Shown one piece after another: positions 48,313 through 59,155 of a stretch of DNA of 64,000 bases. Location of the stretch: positions 96,001 through 160,000 of the forward strand of contig CAWDPO010000015.1 of NCBI GenBank assembly GCA_963804165.1, written 5' to 3'. The notes beneath the pieces are model-generated. The model ran no database searches, was not told the DNA's origin, and saw only the letters and a list, made by a program, of their open reading frames with translations. This DNA is from an uncultured delta proteobacterium. GTDB taxonomy: Bacteria > Desulfobacterota > Binatia > UBA9968. Numbering within the stretch: the stretch's first letter is position 1; each line of letters starts with the position of its first letter. The position numbers and the translations under genes were made by a program.

Positions 48313-48524
48313 TCATGTCCGGCCGACATCATGTTATGATTGTGCTTCATATAGCAAACGGACAAATCCTCGGACGATCTCAGCTCAGGGCTTGCAGCGT
48401 GAGGCGATGGAAGGCCAAATGATCGGTTTTGAAAACGCTGGCGGTAGTTTCGAGAGGAATTTTGGCAGACAGTTCAGAAAAGCAAGAGGGATCGAAAGCG
48501 CGGCTTGGGAGCTAAACTGGTGGC

Positions 48525-48719
48525 TCAATCAGCCTTCAAAGGAATCTTCTCAGGGTTGTCTGGTTCGCTGAGATGCTCGGTCGGCTGGGTCCCAACCAAT
48601 GGTCTGCGACGCTGTTCGTGTTCCCTTGCTTTGAGAGCATTGAGGCGTTCGCGGAACCAAGTTTTCTCGGGCCATTGCCAGTTTTGATCAAGACTAGGAT
48701 AACTATTCGATTGTTTCAT
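48525..48719 (-). CDS. Small hypothetical protein
   Basis: MKQSNSYPSLDQNWQWPEKTWFRERLNALK...; no motif recognised. Confidence 0.4.
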   Translation of the reverse strand: MKQSNSYPSLDQNWQWPEKTWFRERLNALKAREHEQRRRPLVGTQPTEHLSEPDNPEKIPLKAD

Positions 48720-48975
48720 GGCGATTCTCTTGAGAAATCGAGGAGCAAGCTTCATACCATCCGTAAGCAGTTAATTTATTGGCACTTTGCCCAGGCTTAA
48801 AATTATTTGTTTGAACAAAAATTGTCCCTAGCGGCCAGAAATCGTTATCTGATGGGCAGTTACGTGGCGCGGGATTGATTGCTAAAACCCCATGCCTTGG
48901 CGAGTTTTTGTTGATTCCGCTTGAGTCAAACCTGGGTCGTGACGTATACGAATATCAGGGTCGAGGAGCGCTGCT

Positions 48976-49608
48976 ATGACACATTTGACGATGTTTCGTC
49001 TGACAAGCATGACACTCGCTGGCGGGATAGGGATGATTCTCTTGGCCTCGTCCCCAGGATTTCCGCAGACCGCTGGCACGACGGTCAGAGGCAAAGTCAC
49101 TTCATTTAAAGGCCAAGAATTGATCGTGAGCAGCGCTAGCGGAGACGTGAAAGCGGTCTTAACGGACAAGACCGTAATTCGCGCAGAGGTGCCGATTAAA
49201 CTTTCGGAGATCGGCTCGGGGATGTATCTCGGGACTACGGCGACCAAGCAATCTGACGGGACGTTTCTTGCCTCGGAAGTCCATGTTTTCTCGGAGGATC
49301 AGCGCGGTACCGGGGAGGGGCATCGTCCCCTAGGCTCGGCGCTACAGAGCGGCGCGACGATGACCAACGCCAATGTCGAACACGTCGAAGATGTCGCGAT
49401 AAAGGATATCAAAGGAAGGCAAATTACTCTCAAGTACAAAGGCGGCGAGGTCAAGGTTCAGGTCCCGCCGGATATCCCGCTCGTCAAACGCGTGATCAGC
49501 GACCGAAACTCACTGAAAAGCGGCGTCGAAGTCTCACTTCAAGGAACCCAAGATTCCGCCGGAGCGCTATCAGCGACCCAGATCACCGTGAGGGCGGCGG
49601 GGAAATGA
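48976..49608 (+). CDS. Secreted hypothetical protein (DUF5666-like OB repeats)
   Basis: Signal peptide, VRGKV, EVHVFSEDQRGTGEGHRP, TMTNANV. Confidence 0.75.
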   Translation: MTHLTMFRLTSMTLAGGIGMILLASSPGFPQTAGTTVRGKVTSFKGQELIVSSASGDVKAVLTDKTVIRAEVPIKLSEIGSGMYLGTTATKQSDGTFLASEVHVFSEDQRGTGEGHRPLGSALQSGATMTNANVEHVEDVAIKDIKGRQITLKYKGGEVKVQVPPDIPLVKRVISDRNSLKSGVEVSLQGTQDSAGALSATQITVRAAGK

Positions 49609-49684
49609 ATCTTTAGACTGTAAGCACTCGCGTTTTAACCCTAGTTCGCTTCAGTCTCGATCAGGCAAACAGACGCCAGTTCTA

Positions 49685-50290
49685 TTACGATTTGTCAGCA
49701 TACAGCTTAACGTCGTCCAGCCGAACGGTAATTCCCCGCTGAGCGAAATAGTCGGCAATTGGTTTCAAAGACATGCCCACAGCGGCGAAATAGTCACCGC
49801 TGATCGATTCGACAAGCCTGCTCCCCTGCCCTTGGATCGAGTACGCACCGGCTTTGTCGTGGGACTCATCGCAGCAAAGATAACGCTCAATTTCAATTTC
49901 GGTATAAGGGCGCATTGTGACGGACACCTTCTCCACCGTCCGCATCCCAGGTCCGCCAAAGCCGTCAAGGATCGCCAGGCTGGTGTAAATCTCGTGCGTC
50001 TTGCCGGCCAGCGCGCGCAATATCCGCGCGGCATCGTCGCGGTCGACGGGTTTGCCGATTTTCTCGCCGTCGAGCGAAATCATCGTATCACCCCCGATCA
50101 CAAGGCTATGGGGATTTTTACTGCTTACCGAGCGCGCCTTCCCGACGGCGAATGCGAGAACTTCCTCTTCGATCGATAAATGACGGGAAACCCGTTCGTC
50201 GAATTCGGGCGCGATCACTTCAAACGGCACGCCGAGCGAGGCTAAAATCTCGCGTCGCCGCGGCGAAGTGGAAGCAAGAATCAAGCGCAT
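49685..50290 (-). CDS. maf: Maf family nucleotide pyrophosphatase
   Basis: LILASTSPRRREIL, IGGDT, GKP, DKAGAYSIQG. Confidence 0.93.
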   Translation of the reverse strand: MRLILASTSPRRREILASLGVPFEVIAPEFDERVSRHLSIEEEVLAFAVGKARSVSSKNPHSLVIGGDTMISLDGEKIGKPVDRDDAARILRALAGKTHEIYTSLAILDGFGGPGMRTVEKVSVTMRPYTEIEIERYLCCDESHDKAGAYSIQGQGSRLVESISGDYFAAVGMSLKPIADYFAQRGITVRLDDVKLYADKS

Positions 50291-50302
50291 GGAATGATCG
50301 AA

Positions 50303-51481
50303 TCAGGGAGCGACGAGACTTTCCGGTAAACCGGCTTCAGGATCGGCGGCTGACGACCGGCGCGCGCTTGTACCGGGAAATGCGCAAGACATAAATTCTG
50401 TTAAACAGGCGCGCACCTCTGCGGCGCTATTTGCCCGAGTCATCCGTGCGCGCATCTCCGCCGCGCCGCGAAAATTACGGCAGTACCATGTCAAGTGCTT
50501 ACGCATAGCCATGAAGCGCGAGCGCCCGCAGAGTCGTTCAAAATGCTCGCTGTGCTCGGCGATCACGGCAAATCTTTCGTCAAGGCTGATGAGCGGATCG
50601 GTACAAAGTAATTCGCGGCCAGCGCTGAGTGCTTCCTTGACGGCATGCTTATTTCGAAAGAGCCACGGATTGCCCTGCGCGCCACGGCCGATCAGCACGC
50701 CATCGACCCCCGTATCACGAACGCGCCGAAAAGCATCGCGCAAGTCCTGTACGTCACCGTTGCCAAGAATCAGCGTGCCCGATCCTTTGGCGATTTCGAC
50801 AGCGCAAGCAATCGCGTGCCAATTCGCTTCGCCTTTGTACCCTTGCTCTAACGTGCGGCCGTGGAGGGAGATTGCCGCCGGCTCCTCTTGCAAGAGCGTC
50901 TTCAGCCAATCTTCTATCACGATCCGGTCATAGCCGAGTCGGGTTTTTACGGAGACCGGAATAAGCCGCCGTTCCAACGGTGTTGTCCAGCCGCTTCGCT
51001 GTCGATTCACCTGTCTAACTTGTTCGATCACCTCGCCACAAAAATCGAGGTTTCCCAGGGTCTGGCCACCGTGCCAGTCTCTGATCCCTCGGTGCGCAGC
51101 TCGGATAATTTCACGGGCCAGATCCGGCGCGCGTATAAGCGCCGCGCCACAGCCGCTGGCGGCAACTTTCTTTGCCGGACAGCCCATATTGATATCCAAG
51201 CCGTCGAATCCAAGCTCACAGACGACGTGCGCAACTTTATAAAAAAGCTCCGGTGTCCTGCCGTAAATCTGCGCGACCACCGGCCGCTCGACTTCAGAAT
51301 AGGTAAAATCCTTGAGCAAGGTATGTGGCGAGTAGAACGCCGATTGGATATTGACGAACTCAGTCAGGGTCACATCCGGCGCGCCGTGGTTGGCCGTGAT
51401 GAAACGGAACGACGCGTCCGTAATGCCGTCCATTGGGGAGAGCCCGATGATCGGCTTAATTATGTTCCGCCAAAAATTCAT
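50303..51481 (-). CDS. dusB: tRNA-dihydrouridine synthase
   Basis: LSPMDGITD, DINMGCP, GAALI, VSVKTRLG, LHGRT, GNGDV, IGRGAQGNPW. Confidence 0.85.
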   Translation of the reverse strand: MNFWRNIIKPIIGLSPMDGITDASFRFITANHGAPDVTLTEFVNIQSAFYSPHTLLKDFTYSEVERPVVAQIYGRTPELFYKVAHVVCELGFDGLDINMGCPAKKVAASGCGAALIRAPDLAREIIRAAHRGIRDWHGGQTLGNLDFCGEVIEQVRQVNRQRSGWTTPLERRLIPVSVKTRLGYDRIVIEDWLKTLLQEEPAAISLHGRTLEQGYKGEANWHAIACAVEIAKGSGTLILGNGDVQDLRDAFRRVRDTGVDGVLIGRGAQGNPWLFRNKHAVKEALSAGRELLCTDPLISLDERFAVIAEHSEHFERLCGRSRFMAMRKHLTWYCRNFRGAAEMRARMTRANSAAEVRACLTEFMSCAFPGTSARRSSAADPEAGLPESLVAP

Positions 51482-51571
51482 GCCCTTAATTCACATTATC
51501 ATCGCCGCATTCTCCTCTCAAACCAGCGGCCAGTGGAGTCCGCGGATCGACAACCTCATATCCTCGGATCG

Positions 51572-51835
51572 TCAATCGCGCCGTTTGAGAATCTCTTCCA
51601 GCTTCTTGCGGTCTTCTTCGAGGATCTTCTCTCGCGGCCGCTTGGTCGGCGCGGATTCGCTCCGATTCGATTTAGCGGCCGGCTTGAGCTGTTCATTGGC
51701 CGGCGTGAACGAGGCAGCGATTTCGCGCCAGTAGAACCAAATGGCAAACGCTATCAACCAAACAACGAGCGGAACGAACGTATAGAGAAGAAGCGTCTTG
51801 AGCCAGCTCCGCTTCTTGCGCTTTCGGGTAGCCAC
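51572..51835 (-). CDS. Small membrane-anchored hypothetical protein
   Basis: Basic N-terminus, TM helix, EKILEEDRKKLEEILK tail. Confidence 0.7.
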   Translation of the reverse strand: MATRKRKKRSWLKTLLLYTFVPLVVWLIAFAIWFYWREIAASFTPANEQLKPAAKSNRSESAPTKRPREKILEEDRKKLEEILKRRD

Positions 51836-51865
51836 TTTCAGCGCGGATCAACTGAACGTGGAACT

Positions 51866-52816
51866 TTAGTAATTGGGCTTGTGCTCAAAATAATGGGTCG
51901 CATTGATAACGCGAATGGTTTTGGTCTTGGAGCGCATCACCACGGACTGAGTGGTCGCCCCGCCCGAGAAAAAGTGCACGCCGCGCAGGTAATCGCCATC
52001 CGTGACTCCCGTCGCCGCGAACATGACATCCCCGGCAGCCAGCTCCTCGATCTGGAATTTTTTCTTGATGTCCTTGACGCCCATCTTTTTGGCCCGCTCG
52101 ATCTCTTCATCGTTGCGCGGCGCCAAACGGCCCTGAAACGCGCCGCCGACGCAGCGCAGGGCGGCCGCGGCCAGCACGCCTTCCGGGGCGCCGCCAATCC
52201 CCATCAGCAGATCGATGCCGGTTTCCGGCTTCGTCGTCGCTATCGCAGCCGAAACGTCGCCGTCGCCGATCAAGCGAATGCGTGCGCCGGCTTTGCGCAC
52301 TTCCGCGATGAGCGCTTCGTGGCGCGGGCGCGATAAAATGATCACCGTTAAATCTTCGACCTTGCAACGCTTCGCTTCCGCCAGGGCGTGCAGGTTTTCC
52401 GTCGGTGATTTATCGAGGTCGATCACCCCGTTACCGACCGGACCGGCGGCGATCTTGGCCATGTACGTATCCGGGCAATGCAGCAAATTACCGCCGTCTG
52501 CCATGGCGATGACCGCGAGTGCATTCGGCGCTCCCGTCGCGCAAATCGTCGTGCCTTCAAGCGGATCGAGCGCGATATCGACCTTCGGACCACCGGAACC
52601 GACTTTCTCGCCGATGTAGAGCATCGGCGCTTCGTCGCGCTCGCCTTCGCCGATCACCACCGTGCCGTCGATCGACAGCGCATCGAACGCCTTACGCATG
52701 GCGTCGACGGCCGCCTGGTCCGCGGCTTTTTCGTTGCCGCGACCGGTCCAGTGTGCGCAGTTCAATGCCGCTGCTTCAGTTACTCGAATAGCCTCCAGAG
52801 CTAAATTTCGGTCCAT
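51866..52816 (-). CDS. glpX: Class II fructose-1,6-bisphosphatase
   Basis: RVTEAAA, VIGEGERDEAPMLYIGE, DPLEGT, GIGGAPEGV, FAATGVTDG. Confidence 0.97.
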   Translation of the reverse strand: MDRNLALEAIRVTEAAALNCAHWTGRGNEKAADQAAVDAMRKAFDALSIDGTVVIGEGERDEAPMLYIGEKVGSGGPKVDIALDPLEGTTICATGAPNALAVIAMADGGNLLHCPDTYMAKIAAGPVGNGVIDLDKSPTENLHALAEAKRCKVEDLTVIILSRPRHEALIAEVRKAGARIRLIGDGDVSAAIATTKPETGIDLLMGIGGAPEGVLAAAALRCVGGAFQGRLAPRNDEEIERAKKMGVKDIKKKFQIEELAAGDVMFAATGVTDGDYLRGVHFFSGGATTQSVVMRSKTKTIRVINATHYFEHKPNY

Positions 52817-54021
52817 GTCGGCCTCCCTTCAATCAGCGCTTCCATTAATCGATAGGCTTTCCTGGCTACAATACCGGTTTTTAGCGCGTCAATCTCGTTG
52901 TAGCCGAGATTGCCATTTTCTTGCGGCGCGTCGGCGGAAAACAAAACAAACGGCACCGGATCGGCGACGTGGGTCTTGAGCGCGATGGCAGTCGGATGAT
53001 CCGGCATCAATAGAATTCGATAATCTTTGCGGTGCGCCATTCCCTTCAATACCGTGCCGACGACTTTTTCATCGAAATCTTCCAGCGCTTGAATCTTTTT
53101 TTCCACGTCACCCATGTGGCCGGCTTCGTCGGTGGCCTCGACGTGGATGAACACGAAGTCGTTTTTTTCGAGCGAGCGCACGCCGTATTCACCTTTGCCG
53201 ACGTAATTGGTGTCGAGAAAACCGGTAATGCCCGGCACATCGATTCGCTCCAGCCCGGCATAAACACCGAGCCCGTGGATAATATCGACGGCCGAGATGA
53301 CGCCGCCTTTGATGCCGAAGCGTTTGGTCAAGGGTGGTAGCTGCGGCGCTCTCCCCTGCCCCCAGAGCCAAATCGTCGTCGCCTGGCGCTGTCCGGCTGC
53401 TTGACGTTTTAGATTCACCGGATGATTTGCCACTACTGGCTGCGAAGCTCGCATGAGTTGCAGCAAGCGTTCCGCACCGTCGCCTTTCGGCATATACGAG
53501 GCAATTTTTTGCTCGGTGATGTCGTGCGGCGGTGTGGTGGTCATCTGCTCTTTGCCGTCACGCCAGACCATCAAGTGGCGGTAACTCACACCGGGGAAAA
53601 ATTCGATGCCGTCGCCGCCGAGCTCGCGTCCGAGGTCGCGGATGATCACAGCGGCTTCTTCGGTCGAAATATGGCCGGAGGTGAAATCCTCCATGAAAGT
53701 TTCATCGCCGTCGCCGCCCAGCGTCACGAGATTACAGCGAAATGCGATATCCTTCGGCCCCAAAGCCACCCCCATGCTTGCCGCTTCGAGTGGCGAGCGC
53801 CCGGTGTGATAAATCGCCGGGTCGTAACCCATGATGCTCATGTTACCGACGTCACTGCCCGGAGGAAAACCTTCTGGGATCACATGAGCAATGCCATATA
53901 CGCCGTGCCGCGCAAGCCAGTCCATGTTCGGCGTGCGCGCCGCTTGCAGCGGTGTTCGCCCGCCCAAAACCTCGAGCGGATAGTCGGCCATGCCGTCGCC
54001 TTGCAGAATAATGTACTTCAC
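52801..54021 (-). CDS. apgM: Cofactor-independent phosphoglycerate mutase (ApgM family)
   Basis: GDGMAD, TPNMD, PGSDV, SYRHL, HVEATDEAGH, PDHPT; GTG start at 54021 after GGGAG. Confidence 0.9.
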   Translation of the reverse strand: MKYIILQGDGMADYPLEVLGGRTPLQAARTPNMDWLARHGVYGIAHVIPEGFPPGSDVGNMSIMGYDPAIYHTGRSPLEAASMGVALGPKDIAFRCNLVTLGGDGDETFMEDFTSGHISTEEAAVIIRDLGRELGGDGIEFFPGVSYRHLMVWRDGKEQMTTTPPHDITEQKIASYMPKGDGAERLLQLMRASQPVVANHPVNLKRQAAGQRQATTIWLWGQGRAPQLPPLTKRFGIKGGVISAVDIIHGLGVYAGLERIDVPGITGFLDTNYVGKGEYGVRSLEKNDFVFIHVEATDEAGHMGDVEKKIQALEDFDEKVVGTVLKGMAHRKDYRILLMPDHPTAIALKTHVADPVPFVLFSADAPQENGNLGYNEIDALKTGIVARKAYRLMEALIEGRPTWTEI

Positions 54022-54040
54022 GCTTGCTCCCAATGCGAAA

Positions 54041-54098
54041 AGTTCCGGGTTTCAGGTTCAAAGTTCAACGTTGAACTCGGAACCTTGAACGTTGAACC
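54041..54098. repeat. Inverted array of 7-bp tandem repeats
   Basis: AGTTCCG GGTTTCA GGTTCAA AGTTCAA CG TTGAACT CGGAACC TTGAACG TTGAACC. Confidence 0.8.
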
Positions 54099-54117
54099 GC
54101 GCGACAGCGCCGCCGCG

Positions 54118-55512
54118 CTATTTCCCGCCCCAAATCGGAAACCAAACCGGATCAATTACGATATAATCTCGATTTCGGATGGAATCCAGAGCCCTGCGCA
54201 TTTGCCGCAAAGTGGTGCGCTCCAAGGTCATAACGAAGGGTAGCATGCCCTGATATTTTTGCTTGAGCTTAGCGCTCTGCTTCAAGCTCTGTATCTCTTC
54301 CTCGACGTGCCGAAGCTGCCAAATTTCTGAAATGTTCACACCGATACGGCCGAAAGTCCGGCCGATATCGCCGACTATCCCGGCACGATCTTTGACCACG
54401 AAGCGCACGTAAAACGGCACGTCGATGTCGTTTTCGGCTTGAAGCTTGAGCATCCGCGGTGGAATGAGGCTAGGCACACCGCTAAATTTGCGTTCGCTGC
54501 GCGCCAGCTCGCACACATCGCCGAGCACCGCCACGGCCGTCGGACCACCGCCCGCGCCCGGCCCGACGAGAACATAATCGCAGTCGCGCTCGCCGCGCCC
54601 GCCGCTGCTGCTCTTCCCCGCGAAACAGATCGCGTTGGTCGCACCGTCGACGCTCGCCAGAAAATTTTCTCTTGCCACCAACGCCGGCGAGACAAAAACT
54701 TGCACCACTTGGCCTTTGCGCCGAGCCACCGCGAGCTGCTTAATTGTGCTGCCACCGATGCGTGCGGCATAGCGAAAATCCACAGCTTGAATACCTTCTA
54801 TGCCCTTGCGCCAGATCCTGCCGGGTTGGATCTGCAGACCAAAGGCAACCAAACTCAAGAGCAGCAGTTTGGCCTCGGCATCGCTGCCGTTCACATCCGA
54901 CGCCGGATTCGTTTCCGCGTAGCCCTTTTCCTGGGCTTCTTTTAGCGCCTCGGCGTACGGTTTGCCGCTCTTTTCCATCTGCGAAAGGATGTAGTTACAG
55001 GTGCCGTTGACGATGCCGAAGATCGATTCCGGTTCTTCGATCGCGAAGCTCTCGCTGAGCGAGCGAATCACCGGGATGCCGCCGCCGACGCAGGCTTCGA
55101 AGCGCAGCTGCTGTCCGGACTTTTTCGCCGCCGACCAAATTTCCTTGCCGTAGCGCGCCAGAACCGCTTTGTCGGAAGTGACGACGGATTTTCCGTTGCG
55201 AAAAGCGCGCAGGATATAGTCGCGAAACTGCGGCAGCTGCCGAGCGGACTGAAAGCCCAAGGCCTCGATCACGATATCCACGCCGGGATGATCGAGCACT
55301 TCTTCGGGGCGGCTTGTGAACAGCGGCCGGCGCTTGCTGTACCATTTTTTCCCCTTGGGATTGCGTGTGTAGATCTTGCGGAGCTCAAGGCCGATTTCTT
55401 TGCCTAGCGCACCGCTGAGGTCGCGAAAAAGAATATCCTGGATCGCTTCGCCGACCACGCCCGAACCGAGCAGGCCGACGCCGACTTTTCGTCGTGTGTT
55501 CACTGATGCCAT
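54118..55512 (-). CDS. hom: Homoserine dehydrogenase with ACT domain
   Basis: GSGVVG, FEACVGGGIP, NGTCNYIL, GYAETNPASDVNG, GPGAGGGPTA. Confidence 0.95.
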   Translation of the reverse strand: MASVNTRRKVGVGLLGSGVVGEAIQDILFRDLSGALGKEIGLELRKIYTRNPKGKKWYSKRRPLFTSRPEEVLDHPGVDIVIEALGFQSARQLPQFRDYILRAFRNGKSVVTSDKAVLARYGKEIWSAAKKSGQQLRFEACVGGGIPVIRSLSESFAIEEPESIFGIVNGTCNYILSQMEKSGKPYAEALKEAQEKGYAETNPASDVNGSDAEAKLLLLSLVAFGLQIQPGRIWRKGIEGIQAVDFRYAARIGGSTIKQLAVARRKGQVVQVFVSPALVARENFLASVDGATNAICFAGKSSSGGRGERDCDYVLVGPGAGGGPTAVAVLGDVCELARSERKFSGVPSLIPPRMLKLQAENDIDVPFYVRFVVKDRAGIVGDIGRTFGRIGVNISEIWQLRHVEEEIQSLKQSAKLKQKYQGMLPFVMTLERTTLRQMRRALDSIRNRDYIVIDPVWFPIWGGK

Positions 55513-55554
55513 TGTAAGTCTTCTGAAGTATTCGAGAGCTTATTGAAACGCCGG

Positions 55555-56733
55555 CTAGTCGAGAAGTTCGCCGAGCGCGCGCTTGATCTTTCGAACGGCT
55601 TGTTTCGTCCGATGCTCATTTTCGATCAGCGCGAAGCGCACATGCTCGTCGCCGTATTGGCCGAAGCCGATGCCCGGCGACACCGCCACCTGGGCTTCCT
55701 GGAGCAAATATTTGGAAAACTCCACCGAACCCATTTTTCGCGCCGGCTCGGGGATCTTCGCCCACACGAACATGGTTCCCTTGGGTTTGGGAATGTACCA
55801 GCCGGCGCGCTCGAGACCATCGATCAAGGAGTCGCGGCGTTTCTGATACATCAAGCGAATGTCTTCGACGCAATCCTGTGATCCGTTCAAGGCTTGAATC
55901 GCAGCGATTTGAATCGGCTGGAAGATCCCGTAGTCAAGATAGCTCTTGATCCGCGCCAGCGCATGGACGACGTCTTTGTTGCCGACGCAAAAGCCGACGC
56001 GCCAGCCCGGCATGTTGTAGCTTTTCGATAGCGAAAAGAATTCTACGCCGACCTCTTTGGCCCCCGGCACCTGAAGAAAGCTCGGCGCTTCATAACCGTC
56101 AAAGGTGATATCCGCGTAAGCGAGATCGTGAACCACGATGAAGCCATGCTCCTGGGCGGCCTTCACGACGCGCTCGAAAAAATCGAGTTCGACGACTTCC
56201 GTGGTCGGATTATGCGGAAAACTGATGATCAGCATTTTTGGCTTGGGCCAGGTCTGGCGAATCGCCTCTTCCAGGTGGGCGAAGAACGTTTCACTCGTCG
56301 TCAACGGAATGCAGCGCAGATCGCCGCCGGCTAAAACCACGGCGTACTGATGAATCGGGTAAGTCGGGCTCGGGCAAAGTACCACGTCGCCAGGGTCGAT
56401 GGTCGCCCACGCAAGATGGGAGATGCCCTCTTTAGCGCCGATGGTGACGATCGCTTCGGCGTCCGGATCGAGGCTCACTTGGTAGCGTCGCTGATACCAG
56501 TCGCATATCGCCACCCGCAGTTTGTAGATGCCGCGTGACACCGAATAGCGGTGATTCTGCGGCTTGCTCGCGGCTTCGACGAGCTTAGCGACGACGTGCG
56601 GCGGGGTTGGCAAATCAGGGTTGCCCATGCCGAAGTCGACAATATCTTCACCACGATGACGCGCCGCCATTTTCATGCCATCGATGATGCTAAAAACGTA
56701 GGGCGGCAGCCGCTTAATCCGTTGAAATTCCAC
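55555..56733 (-). CDS. alaC: Class I/II PLP aminotransferase (AlaC-like)
   Basis: [49 protein letters not shown]. Confidence 0.85.
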   Translation of the reverse strand: MEFQRIKRLPPYVFSIIDGMKMAARHRGEDIVDFGMGNPDLPTPPHVVAKLVEAASKPQNHRYSVSRGIYKLRVAICDWYQRRYQVSLDPDAEAIVTIGAKEGISHLAWATIDPGDVVLCPSPTYPIHQYAVVLAGGDLRCIPLTTSETFFAHLEEAIRQTWPKPKMLIISFPHNPTTEVVELDFFERVVKAAQEHGFIVVHDLAYADITFDGYEAPSFLQVPGAKEVGVEFFSLSKSYNMPGWRVGFCVGNKDVVHALARIKSYLDYGIFQPIQIAAIQALNGSQDCVEDIRLMYQKRRDSLIDGLERAGWYIPKPKGTMFVWAKIPEPARKMGSVEFSKYLLQEAQVAVSPGIGFGQYGDEHVRFALIENEHRTKQAVRKIKRALGELLD

Positions 56734-56854
56734 GCGTGGTTACCTGATCCCTTCTAAGCAAATAATTCTTTCATTTTATAAAGCATCGTCGTAGCCGGCG
56801 CAACTAAAACGTTTCTCGCGTGATGGTTCCACTTACCTACACCGACGCGGCGTT

Positions 56855-56914
56855 GTAGGGGCCGACCTGCGTGTTGGCGCTATCGGTCAGGCAACGGAAT
56901 CGGGTCGCTCCTAC
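56855..56914. repeat. Degenerate GTAG-type REP doublet
   Basis: GTAGGGGCCGACCTGCGTGTTGGCGC...GGGTCGCTCCTAC; same 60-bp length and ends as 7430-7489. Confidence 0.6.
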
Positions 56915-56954
56915 GCAACGACCGGCGTTGATGACGCCGAAAATTGCGCTGTGT

Positions 56955-59147
56955 TCATCCGACCAAGCCCAACTGCAATGTCATTCCCCAGCGGTGCCGA
57001 AGGATTTGCTTCATGCCTGCCGAAGCTTTGCTTTTCAGCTCTGGGTCCTTGTCCAGCCAGGCAAGAGCCTCCTTGCGCGCCTCGGCGAGCAAGCGCGTAT
57101 CGCGCGCCAAATTGGCGAAGCGAAAGTCAACGAGCCCGGATTGCCGCGCGCCAAGCATTTCCCCAGGACCGCGCAGGCGCAGATCGGCTTCAGCGATCTT
57201 AAAGCCGTCGCGCTCATTTTCCATTACGCGAAGACGTTCGGCAGCCAGGGCGCTGCCTGTGCCGCGATTGACCAATAGGCAGTGACCCGACGCGGAACCC
57301 CGTCCGACGCGGCCGCGCAGCTGGTGCAATTGCGCCAGTCCGAAGCGCTCGGCGTGCTCGACCACCATGACCGTGGCGTTGGGAATATCGATGCCGACTT
57401 CGATCACGGTCGTCGCGACCAGAAGTCCGAGCTTGCCGTCGCGAAACGAGCGCATGATTTGCTCGCGCTCTTCGGTCTTTAAGCGGCCGTGGACCAGGCC
57501 GATGCCGTAGTCTTTGAACAGCGTCTGGCGCATTTTCTCCGCCATCTGAGTGGCGTCGCGCACTTGTTGAAGCTGTTCCGAGGCCTCTACCAGAGGCAAT
57601 ACGACAAATGCCTGATGGCCGCGTTTTAATTCGTCAAGCACGGTGGCGTAGACTTGCCGGCGCTCGCGCTCGGTGAAAACTTTGGTTTGCACCGGCGTTC
57701 GTCCCGGCGGCATTTCGTCGACGAACGAAACTTCCATATCGCCGTAAAGCACCATCGCCAAGCTGCGCGGGATCGGCGTCGCGCTCATCATCAGCATATG
57801 CGGTTGACGGCTCGACGGCGACGCGGTTTCCGAGCCGTCGATCAGGCGCTGGAGCGAGAGGCGCTGCATGACGCCGAAGCGATGTTGTTCGTCGATCACA
57901 CCCAAGCCCATGCGCGGCGCGCGCACTTCTTCTTGGATCAAGGCGTGGGTGCCGACAACGAAAGAAATCTCGCCGCGCGAGATCCGTCCAAGCAGCAATC
58001 GTTTCTCTTTTACCGGCGTCGCCGCGGTCAGCAGCGCTGCCGAGACGCCCAGAGTATCGGCAAACTTTTTCAAGTTGCGGAAATGCTGCTCGGCCAAGAT
58101 TTCCGTGGGCGCCATCCAGAGCGCTTGATAGCCGTTGTCGATCGCCTGCAGTGACGCCAACCAAGCGACCATGGTTTTTCCCGAACCCACGTCGCCTTGG
58201 ACGAGGCGCTGCATCGGTTGATCGCCGCTCATGTCTTCGCTTATTTCCTTTAGAACGCGTTGCTGTGCGGCGGTGAGTTTGAACGGCAAGCGCTCGCGCA
58301 TGCGAGCGCCGAGCGGCGCGCTTGGAGCCATAAAGCGAATCCCCGCGCTCTTGGCGCGGGATCGCTTACGCAGACCCAGTCCGAGTTGAAGATAGAATAG
58401 CTCGTCAAAGATGACCGTTCGGTGTGCCGGTGAAGCAAATTCGTTGAACGCGCGGATATCGATTTCAAGCGGCGTCTCGTGCAATTGCGCGAGCGCATCA
58501 GCGACCGTCATCAAACGGTGACGTTGAACGATTTCCTCGGGCAGACGGTATGAAAAATAGCGGCCGTATTCGCACAACGCCTGGGCCATCCACCGACGCA
58601 TCAGAGACAACGGCAGGCCCGTTGGTCGAACGTACATCGGCAGGATGCGTTGCAGCTGTTGCTCTTCTATTGTTTCGATGACTTCGAAATCCGGATGAAC
58701 AATGCGCAGCCGCCCCGGCATTCCTGGTTCGACTTTGCCGTGGACTAAAAGCGTCTGGCCGTTGGTGAGGCCATTGGCCAGGTATCCCGGCGCGCGATAC
58801 CAGATCAAATCGACGCTGCCGGTGTCATCCTGCAGCGCCCCGAGAAGCAGTTGACTACGGCGGCGCGGGTTATATTTCTTTTGCAAAGCGAGCAAACGGC
58901 CGACAAAGCTCGACTCCTCGCCCGGCGTCGCGCTGGCGATTTTCCTAATCTGGCGCCGATCTTCATAGCGAAACGGCAAGTGATAGAGCAGATCTTCGAT
59001 GGTCGTCAGTCCGAAGGATTCGAGCTGGCTCGCGCGCTTCGGACCGACGCCTTTGAGACTTTGAATCGGCGTGCCGAAGGCGCGCAGGCAAGCTCGAACG
59101 CCAATGGGCGACGGATGAGTGGCGGAATCTGCGCCGGACGGCTTCAT
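56955..59147 (-). CDS. recG: ATP-dependent DNA helicase RecG
   Basis: LKGVGPK, QGDVGSGKT, IDEQHRFG, MSATPIPR, QLHQLRGRVGRG, DLRLRGPG. Confidence 0.97.
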   Translation of the reverse strand: MKPSGADSATHPSPIGVRACLRAFGTPIQSLKGVGPKRASQLESFGLTTIEDLLYHLPFRYEDRRQIRKIASATPGEESSFVGRLLALQKKYNPRRRSQLLLGALQDDTGSVDLIWYRAPGYLANGLTNGQTLLVHGKVEPGMPGRLRIVHPDFEVIETIEEQQLQRILPMYVRPTGLPLSLMRRWMAQALCEYGRYFSYRLPEEIVQRHRLMTVADALAQLHETPLEIDIRAFNEFASPAHRTVIFDELFYLQLGLGLRKRSRAKSAGIRFMAPSAPLGARMRERLPFKLTAAQQRVLKEISEDMSGDQPMQRLVQGDVGSGKTMVAWLASLQAIDNGYQALWMAPTEILAEQHFRNLKKFADTLGVSAALLTAATPVKEKRLLLGRISRGEISFVVGTHALIQEEVRAPRMGLGVIDEQHRFGVMQRLSLQRLIDGSETASPSSRQPHMLMMSATPIPRSLAMVLYGDMEVSFVDEMPPGRTPVQTKVFTERERRQVYATVLDELKRGHQAFVVLPLVEASEQLQQVRDATQMAEKMRQTLFKDYGIGLVHGRLKTEEREQIMRSFRDGKLGLLVATTVIEVGIDIPNATVMVVEHAERFGLAQLHQLRGRVGRGSASGHCLLVNRGTGSALAAERLRVMENERDGFKIAEADLRLRGPGEMLGARQSGLVDFRFANLARDTRLLAEARKEALAWLDKDPELKSKASAGMKQILRHRWGMTLQLGLVG

Positions 59148-59155
59148 GACGCCCG

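Noticed and set aside
49661-49687. Possible read-through after maf (TAA TAG then NWRLFA)
   Set aside because: Two consecutive non-UGA stops and only six further codons; cannot support recoding without homologue alignment.
50861-52336. 491-aa + strand ORF
   Set aside because: Antisense shadow over dusB, a small membrane gene and glpX; no recognisable motifs; typical of GC-rich antisense frames.
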